Source: Candidatus Limnocylindrales bacterium (GTDB lineage Bacteria; Chloroflexota; Limnocylindria; Limnocylindrales; CSP1-4). From it: 43,380 nt of DNA. The position numbers and the translations under genes were made by a program. The stretch is taken from the NCBI GenBank assembly GCA_036508975.1, contig DATCGK010000359.1, positions 1 to 43,380 on the forward strand, written 5' to 3'. Numbering within the stretch: the stretch's first letter is position 1; every line of letters begins with the position of its first letter. Shown here piece by piece: positions 35,120-43,380 of this stretch. Under the pieces are notes generated by a model that was given only the letters and a program-made list of their open reading frames with translations, was not told the origin of the DNA and did no database searches.

Positions 35120-36186
35120 CGCAGGACCCCGCGCGCCGCCTCGGTCCCGTCGTTCGACTCGCCCCCGCGAAGGTCAACCTGACGCTGGCCGTGCTCGGCC
35201 TGCGCCCGGACGGATACCACGACCTGCACAGCATCATGGTGCCGCTCGACCTCGCCGATTGGCTGTCGGTGTCGATCCTGTCACCGGGCGCCACGGACAC
35301 GCTCCACGTCAACGGCTTCGACCCGGGTCCCGTTGCCGACAACCTCGTCCTGCGGAGCATCGAGGCGGCGCGACGCCACGCCCGCCCGGAATGGGGCCGC
35401 GCCGAGCCCCCGCCCGCGCTCGCCGCACGCCTCGAGAAGCGCATCCCCGTCGCGGCAGGGCTGGCCGGGGGTTCGTCCGACGCCGCCGCGGCCGTCGACG
35501 CCGCGCTGGAGGCCTGGGGCGTGGAGCTTGACCCGGAGGCTCGCCATCGCCTTGCGGCGGAGCTTGGCTCGGATGTGCCGTTCTTCCTGGCCGGCGGTCC
35601 GGCCCTGGTCGAGGGACGCGGGGATCGGCTGGCGCCCCTGGGCTGGCTCCGCGCCGCGACCGGGTCCCCGGATCGGGACGCCCCGGCCACTCGGGACGCC
35701 CCGGCCACTCGGGACGCCCCGGCCCTCCTGCTGGTGACCCCCGCCGTCGCCATCTCGACCCCGGCGGTCTTCCGGGCCTGGGATGCCGGCGCCCGCGCCA
35801 GCGGGGGGGCGGCAAGGATGGCCTCCGCCCACCTGGCCGAGGAGCTTCGGAGAGGCATCCGGGCCGCGGACCTCATGGCCCGGGCGTCAGTCCTGGCGGC
35901 GGCCAACGACCTCGCGCCGGCCGCGAACGCCGTCGAGCCCGCGCTCGTGCCCTTCAAACGTGCCCTGTTGCGGCTCCTCGGGCGGCCGGTTGGCCTGTCC
36001 GGGTCCGGCCCCACCTTCTGGGCCCTCTATGCTTCCCATGCCGAGGCGGCCGTGGCCGCGGACCGGGTCCGCGACGCGATCGGCGCCGGCGAGCTCATCG
36101 GCCCGGGCCCGCGCCCGCCGTTCGTCGCGGCGGCCCGGATCCTCGCCAGGACCACCGAACCAGCGAACCTCGGGAGGGAACCATGA
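35110..36186 (+). CDS. ispE: 4-diphosphocytidyl-2-C-methyl-D-erythritol kinase
   Basis: GTG at 35110 in ORF 35014-36186; APAKVNLTLAVLGLRPDGYHDL and the GHMP motif PVAAGLAGGSSDAAA. Confidence 0.9.
   Translation: MTDPQDPARRLGPVVRLAPAKVNLTLAVLGLRPDGYHDLHSIMVPLDLADWLSVSILSPGATDTLHVNGFDPGPVADNLVLRSIEAARRHARPEWGRAEPPPALAARLEKRIPVAAGLAGGSSDAAAAVDAALEAWGVELDPEARHRLAAELGSDVPFFLAGGPALVEGRGDRLAPLGWLRAATGSPDRDAPATRDAPATRDAPALLLVTPAVAISTPAVFRAWDAGARASGGAARMASAHLAEELRRGIRAADLMARASVLAAANDLAPAANAVEPALVPFKRALLRLLGRPVGLSGSGPTFWALYASHAEAAVAADRVRDAIGAGELIGPGPRPPFVAAARILARTTEPANLGREP
35674..35724 (+). repeat. 18-bp in-frame tandem repeat x2.8 inside ispE (RDAPAT RDAPAT RDAPA)
   Basis: cgggacgccccggccact at 35674-35691 and 35692-35709, plus 15 nt of a third copy. 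Confidence 0.93.
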
Positions 36187-36569
36187 CCCGCGACGCCATC
36201 GCGACGGCCGGTGCGCCGGCTGCCATCGGCCCGTACAGCCAGGCCATCGCCTTCGACGGCCTTGTCTTCTGCAGCGGCCAGCTGGGCCTGGATCCTGCCA
36301 CGGGCGTCCTCGTGGAGGGCGTGGAGGCCCAGGCGGAGCGCTCCATGCAGAACCTCACCGCCGTCCTGGAAGCCGCCGGGCTGACGATGGCGGACGTCGT
36401 GAAGACGACGATCTTCCTCGCCGACATGGGCGACTTCGCCGCCGTCAACACGGTCTACGGCCGGTTCATGCCGGATCCGCCGCCTGCCCGTTCGACCGTG
36501 GCGGTCGCCGAGTTGCCCAAGGGTGGCCTCGTGGAGATCGAGGCGATCGCCCGGCGGATGGCTCGCTGA
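36183..36569 (+). CDS. ridA: RidA/YjgF-family reactive intermediate deaminase
   Basis: 128 aa, APAAIGPYSQAI...GQLGLDP.TG...KTTIFLADMGDFAAVN.VY...P.ARSTVAVAELPKGGLVEIEAIA; ATGA overlap with ispE. Confidence 0.93.
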   Translation: MTRDAIATAGAPAAIGPYSQAIAFDGLVFCSGQLGLDPATGVLVEGVEAQAERSMQNLTAVLEAAGLTMADVVKTTIFLADMGDFAAVNTVYGRFMPDPPPARSTVAVAELPKGGLVEIEAIARRMAR

Positions 36570-36626
36570 AGGTCCTGCCGGGCGGGGTGGGGTAGTGTCC
36601 GTCCGCCAGCCGGTGCACGCCGCCGG

Positions 36627-36655
36627 TTGACACCCCCGCCGACCCCCAGCAGAAT
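36627..36655 (+). promoter_or_regulatory. Candidate promoter for glmU
   Basis: TTGACA (36627-36632), a 17-nt spacer, then CAGAAT (36650-36655), in the 181-nt ridA-glmU gap. Confidence 0.3.
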
Positions 36656-36750
36656 CAGCCACGCCTTCAGATGACGAACACCGACACCTCCCCGGGCGCC
36701 GGCGCCGCAGCCCATGCGGTGACCCGAACACGATCACCGCGGCGCCGCCC

Positions 36751-38235
36751 GTGATCCCCCCCAGTCCCGGCACGCCCGTGCGTCGCACGGTCGCGATCGT
36801 GCTCGCGGCTGGCCTCGGCACCCGCATGAAGTCCGGGACCCCCAAGGTCCTTCACGCGCTGTGCGGTCGGCCGATGATCGAGTACGTGCTGGACGCCGCG
36901 GTTGCCGCCACGGGCACGCGGCCGCTGGTCGTCTACTCCCCGGTCACGGAGCAGGTCCGGGACGCCGTTGCCGCGGTGGCCGACACGGCCCTCCAGGACG
37001 TCCCGCGCGGTACCGGCGACGCGCTCCGGGCCGCCCTGGCCGTGCTCGGCGACGACGTCGAGGAGGTCCTGGTGCTCTCCGGCGACGTGCCGCTGGTCGA
37101 CGCGAAGCTCCTGTCGTCGCTGCTCGAGGCGCGGTCCATGGACCACGCCGCGATCGCCCTCGTCTCGGTCGCCGCCATCGACCCGACCGGCCTTGGCCGC
37201 GTCGTCCGCAACGACGGCGGGACCGTGGAGCGGATCGTCGAGGAGAAGGACGCCACCGAGGAGGAGCTCCAGATCGGCGAGGTCAACGCCGGGCTGTACG
37301 CGATCGATGCCGCCTGGCTCCGGCGGCGGATCGGCGACCTGCGCCCCTCGCCCGCGACGGGTGAGCTCTACCTGACGCACCTCGTCGCGTTCGCGCGCGA
37401 GGACGGGCGCCTGGTGGCGGCGCTGGACGTGGATGACGACGGGCGCCTCACCGGGATCAACGATCGCTCGCAGCTGGCCCGCGCCGAGTGGGACATGCGG
37501 GTCGAGACCAACGACCGCTGGATGCGGGCCGGGGTCACCATGATGGACCCGTCCACCGTGTACCTGGACCATGCCGTGGTCCTGGCCGAAGATGTCGTCC
37601 TGGAGGCGAACGTCATCCTGCGCGGCCACACGACGGTGGGCGCCGGGACACGCATCGGGAGCGGATCGCAGATCCACGACTCCGCCATCGGGGAGCGATG
37701 CACGGTCTGGGCCAGCATCGTCGAGCGGTCCACCGTGGAGGACGACGTCACGATCGGGCCGTTCTCGCACCTGCGCCCGGGGGCCCACGTTGGGACACGG
37801 TCCGAGATCGGCAACTTCGCGGAGATCAAGAACAGCCGCCTCGGCGAGCACGTGCGCCAGCACCACAACAGCTACCTGGGCGACGCGGACGTCGGCCGCG
37901 ACACCAACGTGGGCGCGGGCACGATCACCGCCAACTACGACGGCGTGCGCAAGCACCGGACGACGATCGGGGAGCGCGTCTTCCTGGGCGTGGACACGAT
38001 GCTGCGGGCGCCCGTCACCCTGGGCGACGATTCGAAGACCGGCGCCGGGGCCGTGGTGACCAGGGACGTGCCGGCCGGGAAGCTGGCCGTGGGCGTGCCG
38101 GCGCGGATCCGCGAGATCCGGCCCATCGCACCGCGGGACGATCCCGCGGCCGCCGATCCCGCGGCCGGGGCCGCCGATGCCGCGCCCGCGGCCACAGACC
38201 CCGGGGCCACCGATCCGGAGGCCGACGCCGAGTGA
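36751..38235 (+). CDS. glmU: Bifunctional UDP-GlcNAc pyrophosphorylase / GlcN-1-P N-acetyltransferase
   Basis: 494 aa, LAAGLGTRMKSGTPKVLH N-terminal motif, C-terminal left-handed beta-helix hexapeptide repeats, Ala/Pro/Asp-rich tail. Confidence 0.94.
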   Translation: MIPPSPGTPVRRTVAIVLAAGLGTRMKSGTPKVLHALCGRPMIEYVLDAAVAATGTRPLVVYSPVTEQVRDAVAAVADTALQDVPRGTGDALRAALAVLGDDVEEVLVLSGDVPLVDAKLLSSLLEARSMDHAAIALVSVAAIDPTGLGRVVRNDGGTVERIVEEKDATEEELQIGEVNAGLYAIDAAWLRRRIGDLRPSPATGELYLTHLVAFAREDGRLVAALDVDDDGRLTGINDRSQLARAEWDMRVETNDRWMRAGVTMMDPSTVYLDHAVVLAEDVVLEANVILRGHTTVGAGTRIGSGSQIHDSAIGERCTVWASIVERSTVEDDVTIGPFSHLRPGAHVGTRSEIGNFAEIKNSRLGEHVRQHHNSYLGDADVGRDTNVGAGTITANYDGVRKHRTTIGERVFLGVDTMLRAPVTLGDDSKTGAGAVVTRDVPAGKLAVGVPARIREIRPIAPRDDPAAADPAAGAADAAPAATDPGATDPEADAE

Positions 38236-39569
38236 ACCTGCCCATCGGCCAGATCCTGTTCCTGGCGATCCTGACCCTGCTCGAAGGGGTCTTCGTTGCG
38301 GCCGAGATCGCGCTCGTGTCGATCCGCCGCAGTCGCGTCGAGCAGCTCGTCGACGAGGACCGCCCCGGCGCGCGACGGGTCCAGCACCTGCTGGCGGATC
38401 CGGGCCGCTTCCTTGCCGTGTCGCAGATCGGCCTCACGGTCATCGGGTTCCTTGCCTCGGCGTACGCCGCGGTCAGCCTCACCGATGGGCTGGCGACGCT
38501 GCTCGCCGACGTCGGGCTGGACCACGACGCCGCGCACGGCGTGGCCCTGATCACCGTCACCGTGATCCTCGCCCTGTTCACGATCGTGTTCGCGGAGCTG
38601 GTCCCCAAGACGCTGGCGCTGGCCCACCCGGAGCGCTTCGCCCTGACGCTCTCGGTGCCGCTGGACGTGCTCGGCCACCTCCTGCGCCCGCTCGTGGCGC
38701 TCCTCACGACCATCACCCGTGCGATCACGCGGCCCCTCGGGGCGAACGTCAACTCGGAGGCCCAGATCACGGCCCAGGAGCTGCGCCTCATCGTGGAGCG
38801 CGGCGGCGAGCAGGGGATCCTGGAGGCCGAGGAGGAGCAGATGATCAACGCGGTCATCGAGCTCGGCGGCCGGCGCGTCCACGAGGTCATGGTCCCGCGC
38901 ATCGCCATCGCAGGGCTGTCCGTGTCGGCCACGTTCGACGAGGCGATCGACACGATCATCGCGGAGGGGCACTCCCGCGTGCCCGTCTACGAGTCATCGC
39001 TGGACGAGGTCGTCGGAATCCTCTACGCGAAGGACCTGCTCCCGCTGCTCAAGTCCGATGCGGCCGCGCGATCGAGCCTGCGGGCGATGCTGCGAGCCCC
39101 CGTCTTCGTGCCGGAGTCCACGTCCATCGACGACCTGCTCCACGAGTTCCAGCGGCGCAAGGTGCATATCGCCATCGTCCTCGACGAGTACGGCGGCACG
39201 GCGGGCCTGGTCACGATCGAGGACCTGCTGGAGGAGATCGTCGGCGAGATCCAGGATGAGTACGACGAGGAGGAGCCGCTCGTCGAGATGCTGGATGCGG
39301 ACCGGGTCCGCGTGGACGGGCGGGCGTCCATCGACGACCTGCTGGACCTCTGGGAAATGGGGGTCACGCTCGAGGACGAGGACGAGTACGACACGGTCGG
39401 CGGCTTCGTCTACCACCGCATCGGCGGTGTGCCGGTTCCGGGCGACGAGATCCGCCTGGAGGGGCTGCGCCTCACGGTCGAGACGACCGACGGCCGGCGC
39501 GTGGGCAAGGTGCTGGTCGTGCGGGAGAGGACCGTGGACGACGAGCCGTCCGACGGCGGGGACGCGTAG
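38232..39569 (+). CDS. CNNM/CorC/TlyC-family membrane protein (DUF21 + CBS pair + CorC_HlyC)
   Basis: GTG at 38232 (GTGA overlap with glmU) in the frame of ORF 37488-39569. Four N-terminal TM helices, VHEVMVPR CBS start, C-terminal DTVGGFVYHRIGGVPVPGDEI. Confidence 0.9.
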   Translation: MNLPIGQILFLAILTLLEGVFVAAEIALVSIRRSRVEQLVDEDRPGARRVQHLLADPGRFLAVSQIGLTVIGFLASAYAAVSLTDGLATLLADVGLDHDAAHGVALITVTVILALFTIVFAELVPKTLALAHPERFALTLSVPLDVLGHLLRPLVALLTTITRAITRPLGANVNSEAQITAQELRLIVERGGEQGILEAEEEQMINAVIELGGRRVHEVMVPRIAIAGLSVSATFDEAIDTIIAEGHSRVPVYESSLDEVVGILYAKDLLPLLKSDAAARSSLRAMLRAPVFVPESTSIDDLLHEFQRRKVHIAIVLDEYGGTAGLVTIEDLLEEIVGEIQDEYDEEEPLVEMLDADRVRVDGRASIDDLLDLWEMGVTLEDEDEYDTVGGFVYHRIGGVPVPGDEIRLEGLRLTVETTDGRRVGKVLVVRERTVDDEPSDGGDA

Positions 39570-39916
39570 GGGGACTCTTCCGCACTCGCAGCAACAAATC
39601 CGGTCCAGGAGCGTCGTCTGGTCATGCGCCGGCTACCGACCTGCGGCTGCCCCGGTCGATCGGGTGCCCATGGACCCTTGTCAGGCGCTCGCGCGTATGC
39701 CAAAGATGCGCCGAGGGGCGTCCGGTTCAGCCGTCCAGCGGCTGAGGGTGGTGGCAGATGGCGGGCAACGGCACGCAGCAGTCCGGCCAGGACGAGAATC
39801 GCCCGGCGAATGGTTCGCCCGGGCGGCAGATCGTCGTGGTCCCCAGGACGCCCGGTCCTCTCCGCGTCCTCGACGATGCCGGTGCCGCCAGGGGCGACGA
39901 TCTCGACGCGACGACA

Positions 39917-39935
39917 CTGCACGCGTTGCGTGCAG
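39917..39935 (+). other. Stem-loop CTGCACGC-gtt-GCGTGCAG immediately upstream of the lipoprotein SD
   Basis: Perfect 8-bp stem with a 3-nt loop, followed by AGGAGAGGGA and the ATG at 39949. Confidence 0.4.
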
Positions 39936-39948
39936 AGGAGAGGGATTC

Positions 39949-40356
39949 ATGAGGACCAGGACGCGCCTGATCGCCGCCCTCGCGCTGACAGTGGCTGCCG
40001 TGCTTGCGGGCTGCGCGGCGGGACCCATTTCGACCGGCCTGCCCGTCTATCCGATCTACAACGGCTCGATCGGCTTCCCGATCCCCGACCCGACGATCGG
40101 GACCCTCCGCCACGAGGGTGACTGCGTGTATGTCGACACCGACGCAGGGCGCCTCCTCGTTGTATGGCCCGAGGGAACCGCCTTCGACGGGGCCGCCCTC
40201 ACATACCACGGGCGAGCAATCGCGACTGTCAACGGGCCGGTGCGCATGGTCGGCATCGCCGCCGACGACAACCGAGTCCGCGACCTGCTCGGTGCCGACC
40301 TCCCGGCAGCATGCCGGGGTAACGGCGTGACCGTCTTCGTCGCCAACCCGTTCTGA
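39949..40356 (+). CDS. Small lipoprotein of unknown function
   Basis: ATG at 39949 in ORF 39058-40356, strong SD. MRTRTRLIAALALTVAAVLAGC carries an L-A-G-C lipobox. 135 aa. Confidence 0.8.
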   Translation: MRTRTRLIAALALTVAAVLAGCAAGPISTGLPVYPIYNGSIGFPIPDPTIGTLRHEGDCVYVDTDAGRLLVVWPEGTAFDGAALTYHGRAIATVNGPVRMVGIAADDNRVRDLLGADLPAACRGNGVTVFVANPF

Positions 40357-40360
40357 GGAA

Positions 40361-40378
40361 TGCCGGCGATTGCCGGCA
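40361..40378. terminator. Candidate bidirectional hairpin between convergent genes
   Basis: TGCCGGC-gatt-GCCGGCA (7-bp stem) lies in the 35-nt gap between the lipoprotein stop (40356) and the protease stop (40392). No U-tract. Confidence 0.35.
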
Positions 40379-40391
40379 GATTCGCAGCCGG

Positions 40392-41675
40392 TCAGGGGTT
40401 CGTCGTGAGCACCGTGGCCCAGGGCGCGTCAATCGCGACCTCGCCGGTTGCCGAGTAGACGCTCGACGAACCCGCGTGGTCGATGCCGTTCGGGCACGGG
40501 TATGTGCCGGTCGTCATCCCGGACATCCAGCCGAGCCCCTTGACGTTGCTGCCTGACGTCACCTGGTAGACCGCCGAGCCGCTGTCGCCCGGGCAGGCGG
40601 ACTGCGCGGTCGCGAGCCGGAGACTGCAGATGCCCGAGGAGCACACGTTCAGGCTGGAGAGGGTGCCGCAGTCGTTGCCTGACATCTTCGAACTGCACAC
40701 CTGCTCGCCGAGCACCTCGCCTGAGATGGACTCTTCGCTCGTGACGACGCGGACCGACGTCGTGCTGTAGTAGATCCAGTTGGTCGCATCGGCCGCGGCC
40801 ACCTGGATCCACATGACGTCAGTGCCGGACTGGTAGAGGTGCGGCTGGGTCTGAGTGTTCGACAGGTAGTGGGACGACGGGTGGTAGCGCTTGTAGAGAG
40901 GGCCGCCTGCAGGCTGTCCCCAGCAGTGTCCCGCTGACGTCACGTAGTACGTCAAGGGCAGTGCGACGGTTCGCATCCCGAGGCCAGACGTGCACGCCTT
41001 CGCACCGCCGTCAGCGTAGAGCTGTGTGCCGCCGCGGACGGGCTTACCGCAGGTTTGTGCGCCCGGTACAAGCGACGGGGTGAACTCTCTCGGTCGTCGG
41101 ACCGAAATCGGCTGCCGGACCAAACTGCGCGGCCAGGGCTGCCTTGTCGGAATCGGAACCAGACAGGATCTTGAAGTGGACGACGTTATCCTGGATCGAG
41201 GAGAAGACCATCTCGACCTCGACGCCGGCGATGATCATCGAGCCATCGCCGGCGATGCTGTTCTGCACGGACTCCTCGACGCGCTCCATGACCTGGTTGA
41301 GCGCCCGCTCGCTAAACCGGACGTGCTCGAAGATTGCCGGGCGCGACGCCTTTGCGCTCACCGTCGCCTCGAGGGCTGGGTCGTCACCGGCAATCGCGAT
41401 GTGGGGCTCGCCCGAATCGTCGGTTCAGAGGCCACCGAAGGTCTCCGGGTACTGTACGCGGAGTTGGGCTTGGAGCGGCGCGAGCTCATCAGCAAGCCTT
41501 GTCCGCGCTATCGCGGCGGGATCTGGTCGACGTCCGACGGGTCTGGCACCACGCCAACCTCCTCGCGGGTCGAATCGACCCCATCGGCTGCGGCCACGGG
41601 TGTCGCGCCCGCGTTGAGTGACATCACCAAGATGCCGAGCGCCGCGAACCGCGCAAGCGAGCGATAGCGGAGCAT
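40392..41675 (-). pseudogene. Disrupted prepro S1 (chymotrypsin-fold, alpha-lytic/streptogrisin-like) serine protease
   Basis: The gene reads in three pieces. (1) ATG 41675 (AGGGAGGG SD) opens the signal peptide MLRYRSLARFAALGILVMSLNAGATPVAAADG..., which ends at TAG 41508-41510. (2) After a frameshift the pro-region reads ...LADELAPLQAQLRVQYPETFGGL, hits an in-frame TGA (41425-41427), then continues in the same frame as TDDSGEPHIAIAGDD...VEVEMVFSS. (3) After a second frameshift near 41075-41125 the catalytic domain follows, with TSAGHC (His) and CPGDSGSAV (Ser). Confidence 0.75.
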
Positions 41676-41843
41676 GGGTCACCCTCCCTTTCGGCTAGGT
41701 CCTAGGATCGACGTCCGAGCGGCCGGGTGCGCATCGACTTCGCTACGTTGGCGTGTCTACTTCGGCGCTGAGCGGCTGACGGGACGGCGCGGGCGCAGTT
41801 AGCGGATCCAAGCCGGAGGAATCCCCGGAAGTTCGGCCTGACC

Positions 41844-42866
41844 CTAGGCGCTGATCACCGAGTGGATGATCGCTGCGAGCCGCTCGCGCGCCGCGTCGCC
41901 CACGACACGGAGGCCGTCCAGCTCCGCCAGGCAGGCGTCCCGGTGGCGATGCGCCTCTCCCCGGGTGAAGTCCTGGGCGCCCGTGCGCTCGAGGATGCAG
42001 ACGATCTCGTCGATCTCGGCGGGCTCGACATCCGCCTTCGCGTACAGCGCCGCCAGCCGCTCGCGGTCCACTGGCGTGGCGTGCTCGAACGCGTACAGCA
42101 CCGGCAACGTCTTCTTGTGGCGCGCGACGTCCGTCGGCACCTTGCCGGTCTTCTGCTCCTGCCCCCAGATCCCAAGCAGGTCGTCGTTGAGCTGGAACGC
42201 GAGGCCCAGGGACCAGCCGAACCGGCGGTAGCCCGTGATGACCGCCTCGTCGTCGGTTGCCAGCAGGGCGCCCGCCTCGATCGAGGCAGAGATCAGCGCG
42301 GCCGTCTTGCGCCCGATCATGTCGAAGTAGAGTTCGACCGTCATCGGCTGGTCGGACGCGGACGTGGCGATATCGATGTACTGCCCTTCGCACAGCATCA
42401 CGCACGTCTCGTCGTAGAGGCGCATGAGGCGAAGGACCTTCGCATCGCTGAAGCCCAGGTCCGTGAGGCGGTGGAGCGCGACGCGCGAGAGGCTGAAGAT
42501 CAGGTCGCCCGTGTTGATGGCCTGGGGCACGCCGTGCAGCGCCCAGAGGGTGGCGCGGTGCCGCCGCTCGACGTCCCCGTCCTCGATGTCGTCGTGGACC
42601 AGGCTGAAGTTGTGCCCCAGCTCCACGGCTGCGGCCCCGGGCAGGGCGGCATGGTGGTCCCCGGCGATCGAGGTGTAGGCGAGGAGGCCCAGCAGCGGGC
42701 GCATCCGCTTGCCGCGCGGTCCGTCGGACCCGTCCAGCCCGAGGTGGTACCGGATCATCTCGTACACGCCGACGGTGGACGCGTCCCGGTCGCTCACGAC
42801 GCGCAGGATCTCGGCTTCCGTGTCGGCGAGGAGCTGGGCGAGGTCGATGTCGTTCGAGACGGTCAT
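41844..42866 (-). CDS. Polyprenyl diphosphate synthase (GGPP/FPP synthase family)
   Basis: ATG at 42866 in ORF 41844-43046; first DDxxD in LVHDDIEDGD and second in QLNDDLLG. 340 aa. Confidence 0.9.
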   Translation of the reverse strand: MTVSNDIDLAQLLADTEAEILRVVSDRDASTVGVYEMIRYHLGLDGSDGPRGKRMRPLLGLLAYTSIAGDHHAALPGAAAVELGHNFSLVHDDIEDGDVERRHRATLWALHGVPQAINTGDLIFSLSRVALHRLTDLGFSDAKVLRLMRLYDETCVMLCEGQYIDIATSASDQPMTVELYFDMIGRKTAALISASIEAGALLATDDEAVITGYRRFGWSLGLAFQLNDDLLGIWGQEQKTGKVPTDVARHKKTLPVLYAFEHATPVDRERLAALYAKADVEPAEIDEIVCILERTGAQDFTRGEAHRHRDACLAELDGLRVVGDAARERLAAIIHSVISA

Positions 42867-42874
42867 GGTGTTGG

Positions 42875-42880
42875 AGTGTA
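42875..42880 (-). promoter_or_regulatory. Candidate -10 (TACACT) for a leaderless polyprenyl synthase transcript
   Basis: The minus strand reads TACACT-ccaacacc-ATG, 8 nt between the hexamer and the start; no SD. Confidence 0.3.
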
Positions 42881-42981
42881 GCGGCTCCGGCGGCAAACGT
42901 GTTCGGTGAAAGTAGCCTGTTGGCCGGAAGGGTCGCCGGGGGCAGCCAGGCTCGCCGGACGGCCGATGCGCCCGCGTTCGA

Positions 42982-42987
42982 TATGCT
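42982..42987 (+). promoter_or_regulatory. Candidate -10 (TATGCT) for a leaderless MBL-hydrolase transcript
   Basis: TATGCT ends 6 nt before the ATG at 42994; no SD. Confidence 0.25.
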
Positions 42988-42993
42988 CCGCGG

Positions 42994-43380
42994 ATGGCAG
43001 AGATCGCCCCACGCATCCGCCGCGTCGGCGGCGACAGCATCGTCAACGCCTACCTCGTGGAGGAGGGCGGCGAGGTCACGATCGTCGACGCGGGCGCCCC
43101 GGGACTCTGGAGCCGTGTGGTGCCGGAGCTGGCGGCGATCGGGCTCGGGCTGGGCGACGTCCGCGCGATCGTGCTGACCCACGGCCACAGCGACCACGTG
43201 GGCTTCGCCGAGCGGGCGCGCCGGGAGCGTGGCTGGCCCGTCTGGGTGCACGAGGTCGATGCGGCGCTGGCGCGCGGCGAGGTGCCGAACCCGGCGGCGG
43301 GCGGCGGGTCCATGCGGGTCGGGCCGATGCTCCGGTTCGGCTGGTGGGCCCTGCGCCACGGCCTGTTCCGCGTCCCGCAC
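42994..43380 (+). CDS. MBL-fold metallo-hydrolase, 5' part (runs off the window end)
   Basis: Absent from the ORF track because there is no stop in the window. MAEIAPRIRRVGGDSIVNAYLVEEGGEVTIVDAG...AIVLTHGHSDHVGFA carries the HxHxDH motif. Confidence 0.85.
   Translation, partial: MAEIAPRIRRVGGDSIVNAYLVEEGGEVTIVDAGAPGLWSRVVPELAAIGLGLGDVRAIVLTHGHSDHVGFAERARRERGWPVWVHEVDAALARGEVPNPAAGGGSMRVGPMLRFGWWALRHGLFRVPH

Noticed and set aside
39758-39952. A 64-aa + strand ORF ending just after the lipoprotein start.
   Set aside because: It has no SD and no recognisable motif, its composition looks non-coding, and it overlaps the lipoprotein SD and start.
41425-41427. TGA recoded as Trp or Sec in the protease gene.
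   Set aside because: TGA terminates many conserved genes in this window at the expected positions. The same gene also carries two frameshifts, so pseudogenisation is the parsimonious reading.

Overview
This is a high-GC bacterial chromosome segment: hand-sampled 60-nt lines give about 63-66% GC in ribosomal genes and 72-77% in other housekeeping genes. Almost everything is on the + strand. From 1 to 17.2 kb the window holds the 3' end of tuf, then the complete S10-spc-alpha ribosomal superoperon: rpsJ through rplO, secY, adk, map, infA, rpmJ, rpsM, rpsK, rpsD, rpoA, rplQ, then truA, rplM and rpsI. Next come a 3' remnant of ornithine carbamoyltransferase, a TPR protein with a (PE)n microsatellite, and the c-di-AMP module cdaA-cdaR-glmM. 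These are followed by glmS, acpS, an NAD(P)HX dehydratase, alr and a macro-domain protein. Three uncharacterised coupled genes occupy 27.7-30.7 kb, followed by a 450-bp intergenic region carrying three YACCAG-N5-CTGGTA palindromes and a 39-bp tandem duplication. Then come tsaE-tsaB-rimI-tsaD-rsmA-ispE-ridA, glmU and a CNNM/CorC-type protein. The window ends with a lower-GC islet (a lipoprotein convergent with a decayed S1 serine-protease gene), a minus-strand polyprenyl synthase and a partial MBL-fold hydrolase. The order truA-rplM-rpsI ... glmM-glmS ... alr-tsaE-tsaB-rimI-tsaD matches the synteny known in Actinobacteria such as Mycobacterium; the Firmicute-type cdaA-cdaR-glmM unit points to a deep-branching high-GC Gram-positive-like lineage (Actinomycetota or Chloroflexota-like), which I cannot resolve further. 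I saw no rRNA, tRNA, CRISPR array, transposase or integrase. Four things deserve a second look. (1) Three consecutive gene junctions (rimI/tsaD, tsaD/rsmA, rsmA/ispE) carry short tandem duplications of the overlapping stop/start; each creates a bridging mini-ORF that starts on the upstream stop and ends on the downstream start. (2) The uncharacterised gene set sits between alr-macro and tsaE. (3) A palindrome array follows that gene set. (4) The decayed protease islet. All product calls come from motif recognition by eye; no database search was possible.
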